From positions 1 through 64,000 of IMG/VR virus record IMGVR_UViG_3300021963_000040: a stretch of 64,000 nucleotides of DNA. One strand, written 5' to 3'. The notes below the pieces were generated by a model. The model ran no database searches and was not told the DNA's origin. It was given only the letters and a program-made list of their open reading frames with translations. Both the position numbers and the translations under genes were made by a program. Within the stretch, counting starts at the first letter, position 1, and every line of letters begins with the position of its first letter. Below are positions 1-11,300 of this stretch, piece after piece. The stretch is from a virus.

Positions 1-1
1 A

Positions 2-2359
2 GATTTAATTAAGGCAATTGGCGGACTTGCTCCTAAAGGTGGTGCCGCCGGTGCCGGCGGGCAAGGTGCTGGCTCTGCAAAAGATGATCCACAAAAAGCA
101 TCTAAAATGTTAGCAGAAAGTCTTGGCGAAGTTGATGATGAAAGTAAAAAATTAATTAAACGGTTTGGATCATTATACGACGAAAACGGCAAAAAGAAAC
201 TTAGCGGATTTGAAGCAGGAATAGCAGGCTCTGTTAATAGCTTAAAACAAATGACTAACATGGCCGCAGGTTTTTCGGATATTACTTCGGTTACCTCTTT
301 AGCTGGTGGTGCCATGGTTGAGTTTGCGGCCGCGGCCGGCCCATTAGCACCATTAGTTGTAGCCGTAGGCGGCGCATTTATGTTATTGGCTGATCTACTA
401 GGTCAATATAACAAAATATTAGGCCAAGCAATTGATGTAGGTTTAGGTTATAGCGACAGTTTAGGTAAAGCCGCAACATTAGCCGGCGCTAGTGGTTTAG
501 CCCTGGGCGATTTTTACGAAGCAGTAAAAGAAGCCGGCCAAGGTATGCGAGCTTTGGGCGGTAACGGTGAAGAAGCCGCACAAAACTTTGCAAAAATGCA
601 AACAGAAGTACGCAATACTTACGGTACTTTTGGAATGTCTAATGCAGAAATGGCCAAAGCATCAGGTACTTTTGTAAACTTGATGGGAGCGGCCGGTCAC
701 AAAGGTGCAACTGCGGCGTCATTAGCCGCTGAAGCCCAAGGCAAGACGATGAATGAAATGCGTAAGATTAGTATAGCTACTGGCATTTCAATGGGTAAAG
801 TAATGGGTAGTTTTAAAGATTTATTTGCAGGTCGTGACGGTGCATTACTTACAGCAAGCCTAAGTAAAATGGGTCAAAATACCGCAGAAGCCGCAATGAA
901 ACTAGCTAGAGGTGCAAGTAGCTTTGAAGCAGTATTTGGTGACTTAGGTAAAGATCTTTATAAACAAATGAAACAAGCACAGGCCGCAGGTCTGAGCATT
1001 ATTAATACATCATTAGGCGCAGAAATTGCACCTTATATTGATGTACGAGTATTTGAACAATTTGCAAAAGCATCAGAAGAGGGTGGTTCTGCTATGGTTC
1101 ATGCTAGTCAGCAGTTTGCTAAGAGCATTGAACCTAACCTAGCTACACTAAAACTACAAGCCGCAACAGGCGACAAAGCCGCAATGCAAATGCTTGAAAT
1201 GTATAACAACTCTAAAAAGTTCACTTCAATGGCTGACGATGAAATAGCGGCATTAGATTCTAAGAAACGTTCAGAAGAAAAGTTTGCTACTATTCAACAA
1301 AAAATGTCAGCCGCATTTGAAACCATGTATAATAAATTATTTGGATTTATAGACGCTATTCCTTTAGAAGTATTTGAAACTATAGGTGCTGTCTTTGAAG
1401 CCGCGGCCACTGCAATTGGATGGTTTACAGATGGATTAGTTACTATCTTTAAAGTGCTAGGACCTGTGATAGCAGTACTAGGGGGATTATTTGTTGCATT
1501 TAAAGCAATTACTGTAGCAATAGGATTACTTAGTAATCCTGTAGGTTGGGTAATAGCCGGTATAACCGCATTAGGATTAATTGTAAGTAACTGGGACTGG
1601 ATTTCAGAAGGGTTGATGAGTTTATTAAGTACTATTGGAGATGGTTTGGCGGCTGGTGTTAAACTAATATGGGATATAATGACATGGCCTTATAGAACAT
1701 TTTACAAATATATGTCAGGCTGGATTGAATCTATTGGCGAATGGTTTAGTAGTAGTTGGCTTAAAGAAGGATTAATGAGTCTATTAAGTAGTATCGGAGA
1801 TGGTTTAGCATCTGGTGTTAAAATGTTATGGGATACAATGACATGGCCATATAGAACATTTTACAAATATATGTCAGGCTGGATTGAATCTATAGGCGAT
1901 TGGTTTAGTGGCAGTTGGATTAAAGAAGGATTGATGAGTCTAATAGGTAGTATCGGAGATGGTTTAGCATCTGGCGTTAAACAGTTATGGGATATAATGA
2001 CATGGCCTTATAGAACATTTTACGAATTTGTGTCGGGCTGGATTAACTCTATAGGCGATTGGTTTAAGAGCAGTTGGCTAGGTAAGAAGATTTTTGGGGA
2101 TAGCGGTAACAGTTCTAGTAGTTCTAATGGTTCGGTACTAGCTAGCCAAGGAAGTTCTGCAGGTACTACAGCCAGCAATGCCCAAATGACAGCAAAAGCA
2201 AATGTTCAAGCAGACCAAGCCAAAACACAATCTCAAACCAGCGAAGATATGCGTAGATTAGTTGATATTAACGCGGCCCAACATGCACAAATGGAAAGAG
2301 TCGCAAGCAATACTGGACAAACTAAAGAAGCTGTCGAAAGAAACGGCTCTACTTATTAA
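2..2359 (+). CDS. Tape-measure-like protein, 5'-truncated (frame is open from the window edge)
   Basis: The frame of ORF 107..2359 has no stop back to position 2. The protein is long, Ala/Gly-rich and helical, with hydrophobic segments and periodic Trp repeats typical of tape measure proteins. Confidence 0.6.
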   Translation, partial: DLIKAIGGLAPKGGAAGAGGQGAGSAKDDPQKASKMLAESLGEVDDESKKLIKRFGSLYDENGKKKLSGFEAGIAGSVNSLKQMTNMAAGFSDITSVTSLAGGAMVEFAAAAGPLAPLVVAVGGAFMLLADLLGQYNKILGQAIDVGLGYSDSLGKAATLAGASGLALGDFYEAVKEAGQGMRALGGNGEEAAQNFAKMQTEVRNTYGTFGMSNAEMAKASGTFVNLMGAAGHKGATAASLAAEAQGKTMNEMRKISIATGISMGKVMGSFKDLFAGRDGALLTASLSKMGQNTAEAAMKLARGASSFEAVFGDLGKDLYKQMKQAQAAGLSIINTSLGAEIAPYIDVRVFEQFAKASEEGGSAMVHASQQFAKSIEPNLATLKLQAATGDKAAMQMLEMYNNSKKFTSMADDEIAALDSKKRSEEKFATIQQKMSAAFETMYNKLFGFIDAIPLEVFETIGAVFEAAATAIGWFTDGLVTIFKVLGPVIAVLGGLFVAFKAITVAIGLLSNPVGWVIAGITALGLIVSNWDWISEGLMSLLSTIGDGLAAGVKLIWDIMTWPYRTFYKYMSGWIESIGEWFSSSWLKEGLMSLLSSIGDGLASGVKMLWDTMTWPYRTFYKYMSGWIESIGDWFSGSWIKEGLMSLIGSIGDGLASGVKQLWDIMTWPYRTFYEFVSGWINSIGDWFKSSWLGKKIFGDSGNSSSSSNGSVLASQGSSAGTTASNAQMTAKANVQADQAKTQSQTSEDMRRLVDINAAQHAQMERVASNTGQTKEAVERNGSTY
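1607..2083 (+). repeat. Three tandem 159-bp (53-aa) repeats inside the tape-measure-like gene
   Basis: The unit EGLMSLLSxIGDGLAxGVKxxWDxMTWPYRTFYxxxSGWIxSIGxWFxxSW starts at 1607, 1766 and 1925, with near-identical DNA. Confidence 0.95.
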
Positions 2360-2394
2360 CTAAATATACTACTAATATAGGGTAATCTCGCATA

Positions 2395-4107
2395 ATGTCT
2401 TGGAAAAAATACTTCAATACGGTACCGACAAAAAGTCCACTAAGCGGTAACGGGCAACGTAGCCAGCACGGTGGTGCAATGCAATCTGCTAAGTTTAACA
2501 ACTATCTTAACGAAGTATATACAGGTACTCCCAACCGTGTTGACCGTTATTCACAATACGATCAAATGGACATGGATAGCGAGATTAACGCGGCTTTAGA
2601 TACTATTGCAGAATTTTGTACACAATTCGATCCAAAAACACACGTTCCTTTTGATGTACACTTTAATGATACGCCTACTGATAGCGAAGTTAAAGTTATT
2701 AAAAAGGCACTACAACAATGGTGCCGCGTAAATGATTGGGACAAGCGTTTATTCCGTTTAGTGCGTAGTACACTAAAGTACGGAGACCAATTCTTTGTTC
2801 GTGATCCTGAAACCTTTGAATGGATTTGGATTGATCCGTCTAGCTTAACAAAAGTCATTATCAACCAAACTAAGGGCAAAAGACCCGAGCAGTACATTAT
2901 TAAAAATCTAAATTTAGATTTAGTTGATAAAACTGCTACAGCGCCGCTAAAACACGATACACAGTATATGTCAATGAGTGCGTCCGCACGTTTAGGTAGT
3001 TTGCCTAGCAATGTGTTACAACAATATACTGGCGGAACTGGCAATAATCCTAAAGATGAACTAGCCGTTGATAGTGAACATATGGTACACTTATCAATGA
3101 CTGAAGGCATGGATGTTAATTGGCCTTTTGGTACAAGTTTATTAGATGCTATCTTTAAAATCTTTAAACAAAAAGAATTACTAGAAGATGCGATTCTAAT
3201 TTATCGTATTCAACGTGCGCCAGAAAGACGTATTTTCTATATTGATACGGGTAATATGCCAGCGCACATGGCTATGCAATTTGTAGAACGTGTTAAAAAC
3301 GAAATTCACCAAAGACGTATTCCTAGCAGATCTGGTGGTGGCCAAACAGTTATGGATAGTAGCTATAATCCGCTATCTATCATGGAAGACTACTTCTTTG
3401 CTACAACAGCAGATGGTAGAGGTAGTAAAGTCGAAACATTACCGGGCGGTGAAAATCTAGGTCAAATTGACGACTTAAAGTTCTTTACTAACAAAATGAT
3501 GCGAGCTTTACGTATCCCTAGTAGCTATTTGCCTACTGGTCCAGACGATGGTACAGCGGCCTATCAGGATGGTAAGGTAGGTACAGCATTCATTCAAGAA
3601 TTCCGTTTTAACAAATATTGTCAGCGTATACAGAGCTTGTTAGCACCACGTTTTGACGAGGAATTTAAACTATTCTTAAAGTTTAAAGGTATTGAAATTG
3701 ATGCTAGTACATTTGATTTACGCTTCTTAGCACCTCAAAACTTTGCGGCTTATCGTGAAATTGATCTAAATGCCAGCAGAGCAGGAGTTTTCACACAGCT
3801 AGCAGAAGTACCTTTCTTAAGCAGACGTTTCGTTCTAAGCAAATACTTAGGTTTAGAAGAAGACGAAATTGTAGAAAACGAACAATTATGGTTAGAAGAA
3901 AATCCGCAAGCTAAAGAAGCCGCAGGTCCAGGGGCAGAAGCCGCACAAGCAGGAACACAAGCCGGAGGAATTAATTCTAGCGATCTTGGAGCAGTAGGTG
4001 TAACCGCACCACCTGAGGGCGGTATGGATATGGGAGGCGGAGAAGCCGCACCTCCAGAGGCTGGCGCAGAAGCCGCACCTCCACCAGAAGGAGCACCCCC
4101 ACAATGA
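2395..4107 (+). CDS. gp20: Portal protein (T4 gp20-like)
   Basis: Motifs LLEDAILIYRIQRAPERRIFYIDTGNMP, MEDYFF, GRGSKVETLPGGENLGQIDDLKFF and ALRIPSSYL; lies at the start of the head module. Confidence 0.95.
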   Translation: MSWKKYFNTVPTKSPLSGNGQRSQHGGAMQSAKFNNYLNEVYTGTPNRVDRYSQYDQMDMDSEINAALDTIAEFCTQFDPKTHVPFDVHFNDTPTDSEVKVIKKALQQWCRVNDWDKRLFRLVRSTLKYGDQFFVRDPETFEWIWIDPSSLTKVIINQTKGKRPEQYIIKNLNLDLVDKTATAPLKHDTQYMSMSASARLGSLPSNVLQQYTGGTGNNPKDELAVDSEHMVHLSMTEGMDVNWPFGTSLLDAIFKIFKQKELLEDAILIYRIQRAPERRIFYIDTGNMPAHMAMQFVERVKNEIHQRRIPSRSGGGQTVMDSSYNPLSIMEDYFFATTADGRGSKVETLPGGENLGQIDDLKFFTNKMMRALRIPSSYLPTGPDDGTAAYQDGKVGTAFIQEFRFNKYCQRIQSLLAPRFDEEFKLFLKFKGIEIDASTFDLRFLAPQNFAAYREIDLNASRAGVFTQLAEVPFLSRRFVLSKYLGLEEDEIVENEQLWLEENPQAKEAAGPGAEAAQAGTQAGGINSSDLGAVGVTAPPEGGMDMGGGEAAPPEAGAEAAPPPEGAPPQ

Positions 4108-4337
4108 AATTTTTAGAAGTAAAACAACTTAACGAAAGCTACGAAGAAGGCGCTGAAACTAAAAGCGATGAATTTAAAAATCAGCTAGGGCAACTTAAAC
4201 TAGCAGATACACGTAGGGGTCGTTTAACACTAATGCATCTAAACAAACTACGTAAAATCCGCGAACGCAAAAAAGCAGAGATAGACGAAAAGTCAAAATA
4301 TCTAGGCGTAATTTACGCTAGAGCCGCCGCACAATAA
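4104..4337 (+). CDS. Small basic head-module protein (positional analogue of T4 prohead core proteins)
   Basis: 77-aa ORF with an ATGA overlap on the portal stop and a GGAG upstream. Confidence 0.6.
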   Translation: MKFLEVKQLNESYEEGAETKSDEFKNQLGQLKLADTRRGRLTLMHLNKLRKIRERKKAEIDEKSKYLGVIYARAAAQ

Positions 4338-4473
4338 GCCAAAGAGCTTACTTATCTAACGGCCGGAAATCAAAAAAACACGTTTTTTTGGCCATTATCC
4401 ACTAATTAAATAACATCTTTTGTAAATATCTTTACGAAGATATCGCTATCTTTTGGCCAATTGGAGAATAACG

Positions 4474-5289
4474 ATGCCTAAACAGATTTTAGAACAAGTG
4501 CTAGAGCACATCCTCAACAAAGAGGAATCCCAGGCTCAAGATTTATTACACTCTTTCTTTGTAGAGAAAGGTCGTAACATTTATGAAAGCCTAATTACCA
4601 GTGACGAACTTGCAGAAGAAGAAGTTACTGAAACCGAAGAATTAGTCGATGATGCATCTGAAGATTTCGCCGATGACATTTCGTCTGCAAAAGATGAAAT
4701 TAACAACGAAGAAATGTTCAGTGAAGAAGACGAAGACCTAGAAGACGAAGATAACCTAGAAATGGGTGATGAAGACGGCGACATGGGCGACGAAGACATG
4801 GGTGACATGGGCGACGAAGCCGCCGACGAAGATAAAATCGATGATGCTATTCTAGATGTAGAAGATGCATTAGACGAATTAAAAAGCCTATTTGCTCAAC
4901 TAAAGGGCGATGAAGCAGGCGAAGAAGCAGGCGAAGAAGAAATGGGTCCAGAAATGGGCGACGAAGAAGTTGGCGAAGCCGTTGACTTTGACGAATTAGA
5001 CGAAAGCGCAAGCCTAATCGCTGTACCTGCCCCAAAGCACGGTGACAACGGTCAACAAACAAAAAGCCCAGTAGCCGCTAATAGCGGTCAAAAAGGTATG
5101 GCCGCTAAGCCATTCTCAATGGGTAATGGTAAAGGCGAAAGCGGACGTGGTGCTCCTTCTACTAAAGAAGAAAATGCAGGCAACGTAAATGTTCCTGGTA
5201 ATAAAAAGTCCCCAAGCCTATCAAGCGTTGCTAAGCCAGCTAAAGGTGAAGCCGCAGGTAATACACGTTCACCAATCGCAGGACGTTAA
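4474..5289 (+). CDS. Highly acidic prohead core/scaffold-like protein
   Basis: GGAGA SD before ATG 4474 (preferred over 4453). Very D/E-rich, with GDMGDE repeats; lies between portal and protease. Confidence 0.65.
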   Translation: MPKQILEQVLEHILNKEESQAQDLLHSFFVEKGRNIYESLITSDELAEEEVTETEELVDDASEDFADDISSAKDEINNEEMFSEEDEDLEDEDNLEMGDEDGDMGDEDMGDMGDEAADEDKIDDAILDVEDALDELKSLFAQLKGDEAGEEAGEEEMGPEMGDEEVGEAVDFDELDESASLIAVPAPKHGDNGQQTKSPVAANSGQKGMAAKPFSMGNGKGESGRGAPSTKEENAGNVNVPGNKKSPSLSSVAKPAKGEAAGNTRSPIAGR

Positions 5290-5291
5290 TT

Positions 5292-5930
5292 ATGAGCTTT
5301 ATTCCACTTAGAGAATCACTAACATTTGATCAAGCTAAGATCGTTGTGGAGGCTAAAGAATCCGCAGACGGTAAAGGCCGTGATATCTATATGAGTGGTA
5401 TTATGATGCAAGGTGGCATTCCAAATCAAAATGGTAGAAACTATCCTATCAACGAGATTTCGAAGGCCTGCAAAAGCATTAAGGAACGCCTCGACAAGGG
5501 ATATAGCGTTCTTGGCGAAGCCGATCACCCAGATGACTTACAGGTTAACTTAGACCGCGTAAGTCATATGATTACAGACGTCTACATGGACGGCTCGAAC
5601 GGCATGGGCAAGATGAAAATCCTCCCAACACCAATGGGTAACATTGTTAAAACTTTGTTAGAGAGTGGTGTAAAGTTAGGGGTGTCAACCAGAGGTTCAG
5701 GGAATGTTGCAGAAAGTGGCGAAGTCAAAGATTTTGAAATCGTTACAGTTGACATTGTTGCGAATCCAAGTGCGCCAGATGCGTATCCAAAAGCTATCTA
5801 CGAACGTGTCATGATGAGCAATCGTCAACGACAAATTATAGACGTAGCAGAGGCTGTTAAGTACGATCCCAAAGCACAAAAGTATCTCCAAGAAGAGATG
5901 CTAAAATTTATCAATAACCTGAAGATCTAG
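5292..5930 (+). CDS. gp21: Prohead core protease (T4 gp21-like)
   Basis: Motifs NQNGRNYP, LGEADHP, VSHMI, LPTPMGNIVK, GVSTRGSG and DIVANPSAPDAY. Confidence 0.95.
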   Translation: MSFIPLRESLTFDQAKIVVEAKESADGKGRDIYMSGIMMQGGIPNQNGRNYPINEISKACKSIKERLDKGYSVLGEADHPDDLQVNLDRVSHMITDVYMDGSNGMGKMKILPTPMGNIVKTLLESGVKLGVSTRGSGNVAESGEVKDFEIVTVDIVANPSAPDAYPKAIYERVMMSNRQRQIIDVAEAVKYDPKAQKYLQEEMLKFINNLKI

Positions 5931-5941
5931 GAGAAACGAAA

Positions 5942-7042
5942 ATGACAAGTTTTTCAGAACTACTAGGTTCAGAGGTACTATCAGAAGACGTTAAGACTAA
6001 ACTAGCAGAGGCTTTCGAACAAAAGATTGCTGAAGCTCGTGAAGAACTTACCGCTACATTACGCGAAGAATTCAGTCAGCGTTATGAACACGACAAGGGC
6101 TTACTCGTAGATGCCATGGATCAAATGATCGGTGAAGCTATCGAGAAAGAATTAGTAGAGTTCAAGCAAGACAAAGAAGCACTCGTACAAGCTCGTATTG
6201 GTTACAAGACTAAAGTTGCAGAACATGCCGAACTATTAAACAAGTTCGTTATGGAAGCACTTGCTCGTGAAATCAAAGAACTACGTAATGATCGCGATGC
6301 TAACAAACAAAATATGGCCCAGCTAGAAGAGTTTGTTCTCAAGCGTCTAACCAATGAACTTAATGAATTACACGAAGATGAGCAAGCACTACGTGCCGCT
6401 CGTGTTCGACTAGTTCAAGAAGGTAAAAAGACTATTGCTGAAGCTAAAGCGAAATTCGTTAAAGAAGCCGCAACTAAAGTTGAGAAGATTGTTTCATCAT
6501 CTCTCAAAACTGAGATCGGCCAACTTAAAGAAGATATCAAAGTTGCCCGTGAAAATGCGTTTGGTCGCAAGATCATGGAAACCTTTGCCGCTGAGTTCAT
6601 GGCAAGTCACTTTGCCGACGGAAGTCAAATTAAGAAAATCAGCACACAACTTGCTGACGTTCAAGCCAAGCTGGAAGAAACCAAGAAACAGCTTGATGAA
6701 AAAGACAATATGATTGCAGAGTCTGTACGTAAAGTAGCTATCGCCGAAGATGTTGCTAGACGTACTAACATTATGCAGGAGTTGGTAGCTCCATTGTCGA
6801 AAGAGAAAAGAGAAATTATGTCCGATCTGCTAAAAACAGTTAAGACAGAACGTCTAAAAGAATCTTTTGAAAAATACCTACCAGCTGTACTCAACGAAAC
6901 AGTGAAATCTTCTGAGAAGAAAGCCACCCTAGTTGAGAGCGCCGGATCACAGAGTACTGCGATCACTGGTAACAAAAAGCAGAGTGAAGAGGGCGGTTCC
7001 AAAGCCGACATTATCACTCTCAAGAAACTTGCAGGAATTTGA
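5942..7042 (+). CDS. gp22: Prohead scaffold protein (T4 gp22-like)
   Basis: E/K/A-rich coiled coil between protease and major capsid gene; AGGAG SD. Confidence 0.8.
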   Translation: MTSFSELLGSEVLSEDVKTKLAEAFEQKIAEAREELTATLREEFSQRYEHDKGLLVDAMDQMIGEAIEKELVEFKQDKEALVQARIGYKTKVAEHAELLNKFVMEALAREIKELRNDRDANKQNMAQLEEFVLKRLTNELNELHEDEQALRAARVRLVQEGKKTIAEAKAKFVKEAATKVEKIVSSSLKTEIGQLKEDIKVARENAFGRKIMETFAAEFMASHFADGSQIKKISTQLADVQAKLEETKKQLDEKDNMIAESVRKVAIAEDVARRTNIMQELVAPLSKEKREIMSDLLKTVKTERLKESFEKYLPAVLNETVKSSEKKATLVESAGSQSTAITGNKKQSEEGGSKADIITLKKLAGI

Positions 7043-7053
7043 GGAGATAAGTG

Positions 7054-8217
7054 ATGTCTAGTCCACTTTTCGAGTCCCAAAACTGGTCAGCTACCAAAGA
7101 AGCTCTCCTAGAAGGACTCTCAGGAAATAAAAAGGTTGTTATGGAATCAACCTTAGAAAATACACGTAAGTACCTAGCAGAAAGCGTAACAGCTGGTGCT
7201 ACTACTTCTGGTAACGTTGCCGTTTTAAACAAGGTAATTCTACCAGTAATCCGTCGTGTTATGCCTACAGTTATTGCTAACGAAATCGTTGGCGTACAAC
7301 CTATGACAGGTCCAGTAGGTCAAATCCACACTCTACGTGTGCGTTATGCTCAGAACTCTACTGGCGTTAGTGCTGGTGATGAAGCTCTAAGCCCATTCAA
7401 GATTGCTGAAGCTTATTCCGGTACATCCGCTGGTAAAGCCGCCGCAACAAGCGCACTTGAAGGTGAAGCTGGTAACAAGTTAAGCATTCAAGTATTGAAG
7501 CAAACTGTTGAAGCTAAAACTCGTAAGTTAAGCGCACGTTGGACATTTGAAGCCGCGCAAGATGCACAAGCAATGCACGGTTTAGATGTTGAAGCCGAAG
7601 TAATGGCCGCTCTAGCTCAAGAAATTACAGCTGAAATCGATCAAGAAATTATCGGTTCTTTACTAGCTCTTGCTGGTACAGCAGTAAGCACATTTGACCA
7701 GAACGGTACATTCACAGGTACACCTACATACGTTGGTGACCAACACGCTGTTCTAGCTATACAAATCAACAACGCCGCTAACCTAATCGCCCAACGTACA
7801 CGTCGTGGCGCTGGTAACTACGTTGTTGTTAGCCCAACAGCATTGACAGTACTACAATCTGCTACTACAAGCGCATTTGCTCGTACAACAGAAGGTACTT
7901 TCGAAGCCCCAACAAACACCAAGTTCGTTGGTACATTAAACAGCTCTATGCGTGTTTACGTAAACGCCTATGCCGACAGCACAGCTCCTGTTCTAGTTGG
8001 TTACAAGGGTCCTAACGAGATGGATGCGGCCGCTTTCTACTGCCCATACATTCCTCTAATGAGCTCTGGCGTTGTTCTAGACCCAGCTACATTTGAGCCA
8101 GTAGTAAGCTTCATGACACGTTATGGTTATGTAGAACTTACAAATACTGCAAGCTCTCTAGGTAATGCCGCTGACTACGTTGCTAAAATTGCAATTAACA
8201 ACGTTAAGTTCCAGTAA
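7054..8217 (+). CDS. gp23: Major capsid protein (T4 gp23-like)
   Basis: Motifs IVGVQPMTGPVGQIHTLR, VEAKTRKLSARWTFEAAQD, ALAQEITAEIDQE, FYCPYIPL and FMTRYG; GAGGAG SD. Confidence 0.97.
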   Translation: MSSPLFESQNWSATKEALLEGLSGNKKVVMESTLENTRKYLAESVTAGATTSGNVAVLNKVILPVIRRVMPTVIANEIVGVQPMTGPVGQIHTLRVRYAQNSTGVSAGDEALSPFKIAEAYSGTSAGKAAATSALEGEAGNKLSIQVLKQTVEAKTRKLSARWTFEAAQDAQAMHGLDVEAEVMAALAQEITAEIDQEIIGSLLALAGTAVSTFDQNGTFTGTPTYVGDQHAVLAIQINNAANLIAQRTRRGAGNYVVVSPTALTVLQSATTSAFARTTEGTFEAPTNTKFVGTLNSSMRVYVNAYADSTAPVLVGYKGPNEMDAAAFYCPYIPLMSSGVVLDPATFEPVVSFMTRYGYVELTNTASSLGNAADYVAKIAINNVKFQ

Positions 8218-8240
8218 TTTACCAGTTGGTTTAGTATCAA

Positions 8241-8269
8241 AAAAGCCCACTTCGGTGGGCTTTTCTTTT
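8241..8269 (+). terminator. Intrinsic terminator after the major capsid gene
   Basis: AAAAGCCCAC-TTCG-GTGGGCTTTT followed by a T-rich tract; C(UUCG)G tetraloop. Confidence 0.9.
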
Positions 8270-8303
8270 ATCTGAATTTCAAAAACCTATGAACCAAAAG
8301 CGA

Positions 8304-8309
8304 TAAATA
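8304..8309 (+). promoter_or_regulatory. Putative late promoter (TAAATA core, T4 gp55-type); representative of a recurring motif
   Basis: TAAATA sits just upstream of many structural genes. On +: 2361, 4423, 8304, 26995, 32180, 34183, 36697, 40113, 41905, 43471, 48295, 56236. On -: 30656-30661, 48259-48264, 56203-56208. It resembles the T4 late consensus TATAAATA. Confidence 0.7.
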
Positions 8310-8341
8310 TTGTATCGTAAGAACCTTAGTGGATCCAATAC

Positions 8342-11300
8342 ATGTATAAAATAAAGACCAACAACTCATTTGTTATCAACACAGCAGGAACCGATCAATT
8401 AGAAGTCGGTCCTAATGGTGATATTCAAGTTCTAACAGGTTACCTTTCAACAACAAAGAAACCTACTCAATCATTCCATGTCGCAACAAAAGAATATGTA
8501 GATAGCGTTGCACAAGGATTAGATGTTAAAGAATCATGTCAAGCGTTAGCAGATAGTAACGTTAACATTTCTAATCCGCCTAATACCATTGATACATGGA
8601 TATTAAGTATTGGTGATAGAATTCTATTAATTAACCAAGCAGAAAAAGCAGATAACGGTATTTGGGTATATAACGGTCCGGGCAATCCGCTAACTAGAGC
8701 AAGTGATGCAAATTCAAATGATTTAGTAACTAATGGCATGTATGCCTTAGTTACAGAAGGAACTTCTTATAGAGCAACAGGTTGGATTTTAACCACAGCC
8801 GGTGCTATAGATTTAGGCGTAACACATTTAACATTTGTACAGTTTACAGGTACAGGTGGTTTAACCGCAGGCAATGGTATTCAATTTGCCGGAAGAGTAA
8901 TTAGTGCTGTTTCTGCTAATGTTGATAACATTGATATTAGTTCAGCTGGTATTAATCTAGCACCGATTGGACCTGGTTACGGAACATATAACCACGTAAC
9001 AGCAGACGCATATGGTCGTATTGTTGCCGCTGAACATATTAACTATCTAACAGATAATAATATCATTACAATAGTAGGTGATGCATCTGGCTCTGGCAGA
9101 ACTACAATTAATTTAACACTAGCAAATACAGGTGTTACACCAGGTTTATATACGCCCGAACTAAACAAAGCTCCCACATTTAGCGTTGACAATCACGGTA
9201 GATTAACTTATGCAGGTTTAGGTAACGTTACTATTACAGCATCTAGTGTTACTGACTTTGCTGAAGCAGTACAAGATACTGTTAACGATTTTATTAATCT
9301 AGATCCTTCAACTGGACTGCAAACAACTTATAACGACGGAGCAAACACATATACTCTAAGTCTACGCACAACCGGCGTTGCCGCAGGTACTTATGGTGAT
9401 GATACACATACTGTAATTGCTACAGTCGATGCTCAAGGTCGTATTACCAATTTAGAAGAAGTATTAATTGATTTCCCTGTTAAATCTGTTAACGGTGCTA
9501 ACGGAGACGTTATTGTCGATGAATCCGGTAATTTAACATTAGACAAAACATCAGTTGGATTAGGTAACTTAGAAAACGCATTACAAGTTATCAATGCAGG
9601 CGGCGTGCCTCGTATGCTAGTTGGCACAACAGCAACAAGACCTGCTAATAATTCTGCCGCACCTGGAACATTATTTGTTAATACAGATACATTTGCTATT
9701 GAACGCGATACTGGTGTTGTATGGACAACTATTAGACCTGCGGTAGCAGGAGATGTCAATATTCCTGCTGGATCAGGAAGTTCAGTATTATCAAATTCTG
9801 GCGTAACAGCGGGCACATACACTAAAGTTATTGTTGATGCTAAAGGTCGTGTAACATCAGGCACACAAGTAACTAATAATGATATAGTAACAGGTCTAGG
9901 GTACACTCCTCTAAACTTAGCCGGTGATACTATGACTGGCCCATTGGCTGTACAAGGCGGAGCATTAAACGATTTACCAATTACATTCTCTGGCAATACA
10001 ACAACTGGTATTTACAGTCCAGGTACAAATAGTATTGCTATTGTAACTAACGGTGTTGCACGTCAGCGTGTAACCAGCGGCGGCCGTACATTAATTGGTG
10101 CAGGTGTCGATAACAACGTTGACGTACTACAAGTATTTGGTAATATTAAAGCTAACGATCCTACCAGTACAAGTCATGTTGCTACAAAGAATTATGTTGA
10201 TACAAGTATTTCTGCCGCTATAGCAATTAGTACAACTGACGACGTTGATGAAGGTTTAGGTAATTTATATTACACTGATACTAGAGTAAGAAACGCATTA
10301 GGTGTAAGTGGTAATTTACAGTATAATGCACTAACTGGCGTATTCAGTTACATTACACCAAATACTGACGGTATTACAGAAGGTTCTACAAACAAATATT
10401 ATACTGACACTAGAGTAAGAAACGCATTAGCGGCTAGCGGCTCTGGACTGTTATACAATGCTGTAAATGGTACATTTACAGTTAACTCTACAGCAAATGC
10501 CACAGCTAACACACTAGTATTCCGCGATGTAAATGGAAACTTTAGCGCCGGCACAATTACTGCAACATTGCAAGGCAATGCCGCAACTTCTACTAGATTA
10601 GCAACAGCACGTACTATTGCAATCTCCGGTGATGCAACTTGGTCAACATCATTTGACGGATCAACAAACGTTACATCTGGATTGACATTGTCAACTGTTA
10701 ATTCTGCTCCTGGGTCATTTGGTGCTACAAATAAAACATTATCAGCAACAGTTGATGCAAAAGGTCGTATTACAGCACTAAGTCATGCAGACATTAATAT
10801 TGTATCTGCACAAATTTCAGATTGGGCTTCTTCTGTAAGAACTACTGCCGGCGGCATGTTTACTAGTAACGCAGAATCTGGCGTAGCCGCAGTATATAAC
10901 AGTACTACTGGAAAAGTAGATTTTGATGTTGCAGACTTTGATTTAACATTTACAGGTGATGCAACAGGTACAAATTCTGTTATTAATCTAACAAATACCA
11001 GTATAGCATTAACATTAGCCGATACTGGCATTACTGCTGGTGTTGTTGGTGGTGCAAACGCTATTCCAGTCCTAACATTGGACAGCAAAGGTCGTGTAAT
11101 TGGTGTTAATACTACAGTACCAAACATTACTGCATCTAACGTAAGCAACTTTGTTGAAGCCGCACAAGATGCTACAGCAAGTTTAATCACAGCCGCAACA
11201 CATGAAGGTGTAAGTGTAGCATATGATGATGACAATAACAAGTTAGCATTTACCAATACTGATAAAGGTTCAACACAACAGATATTTAAGAACATTTTTG

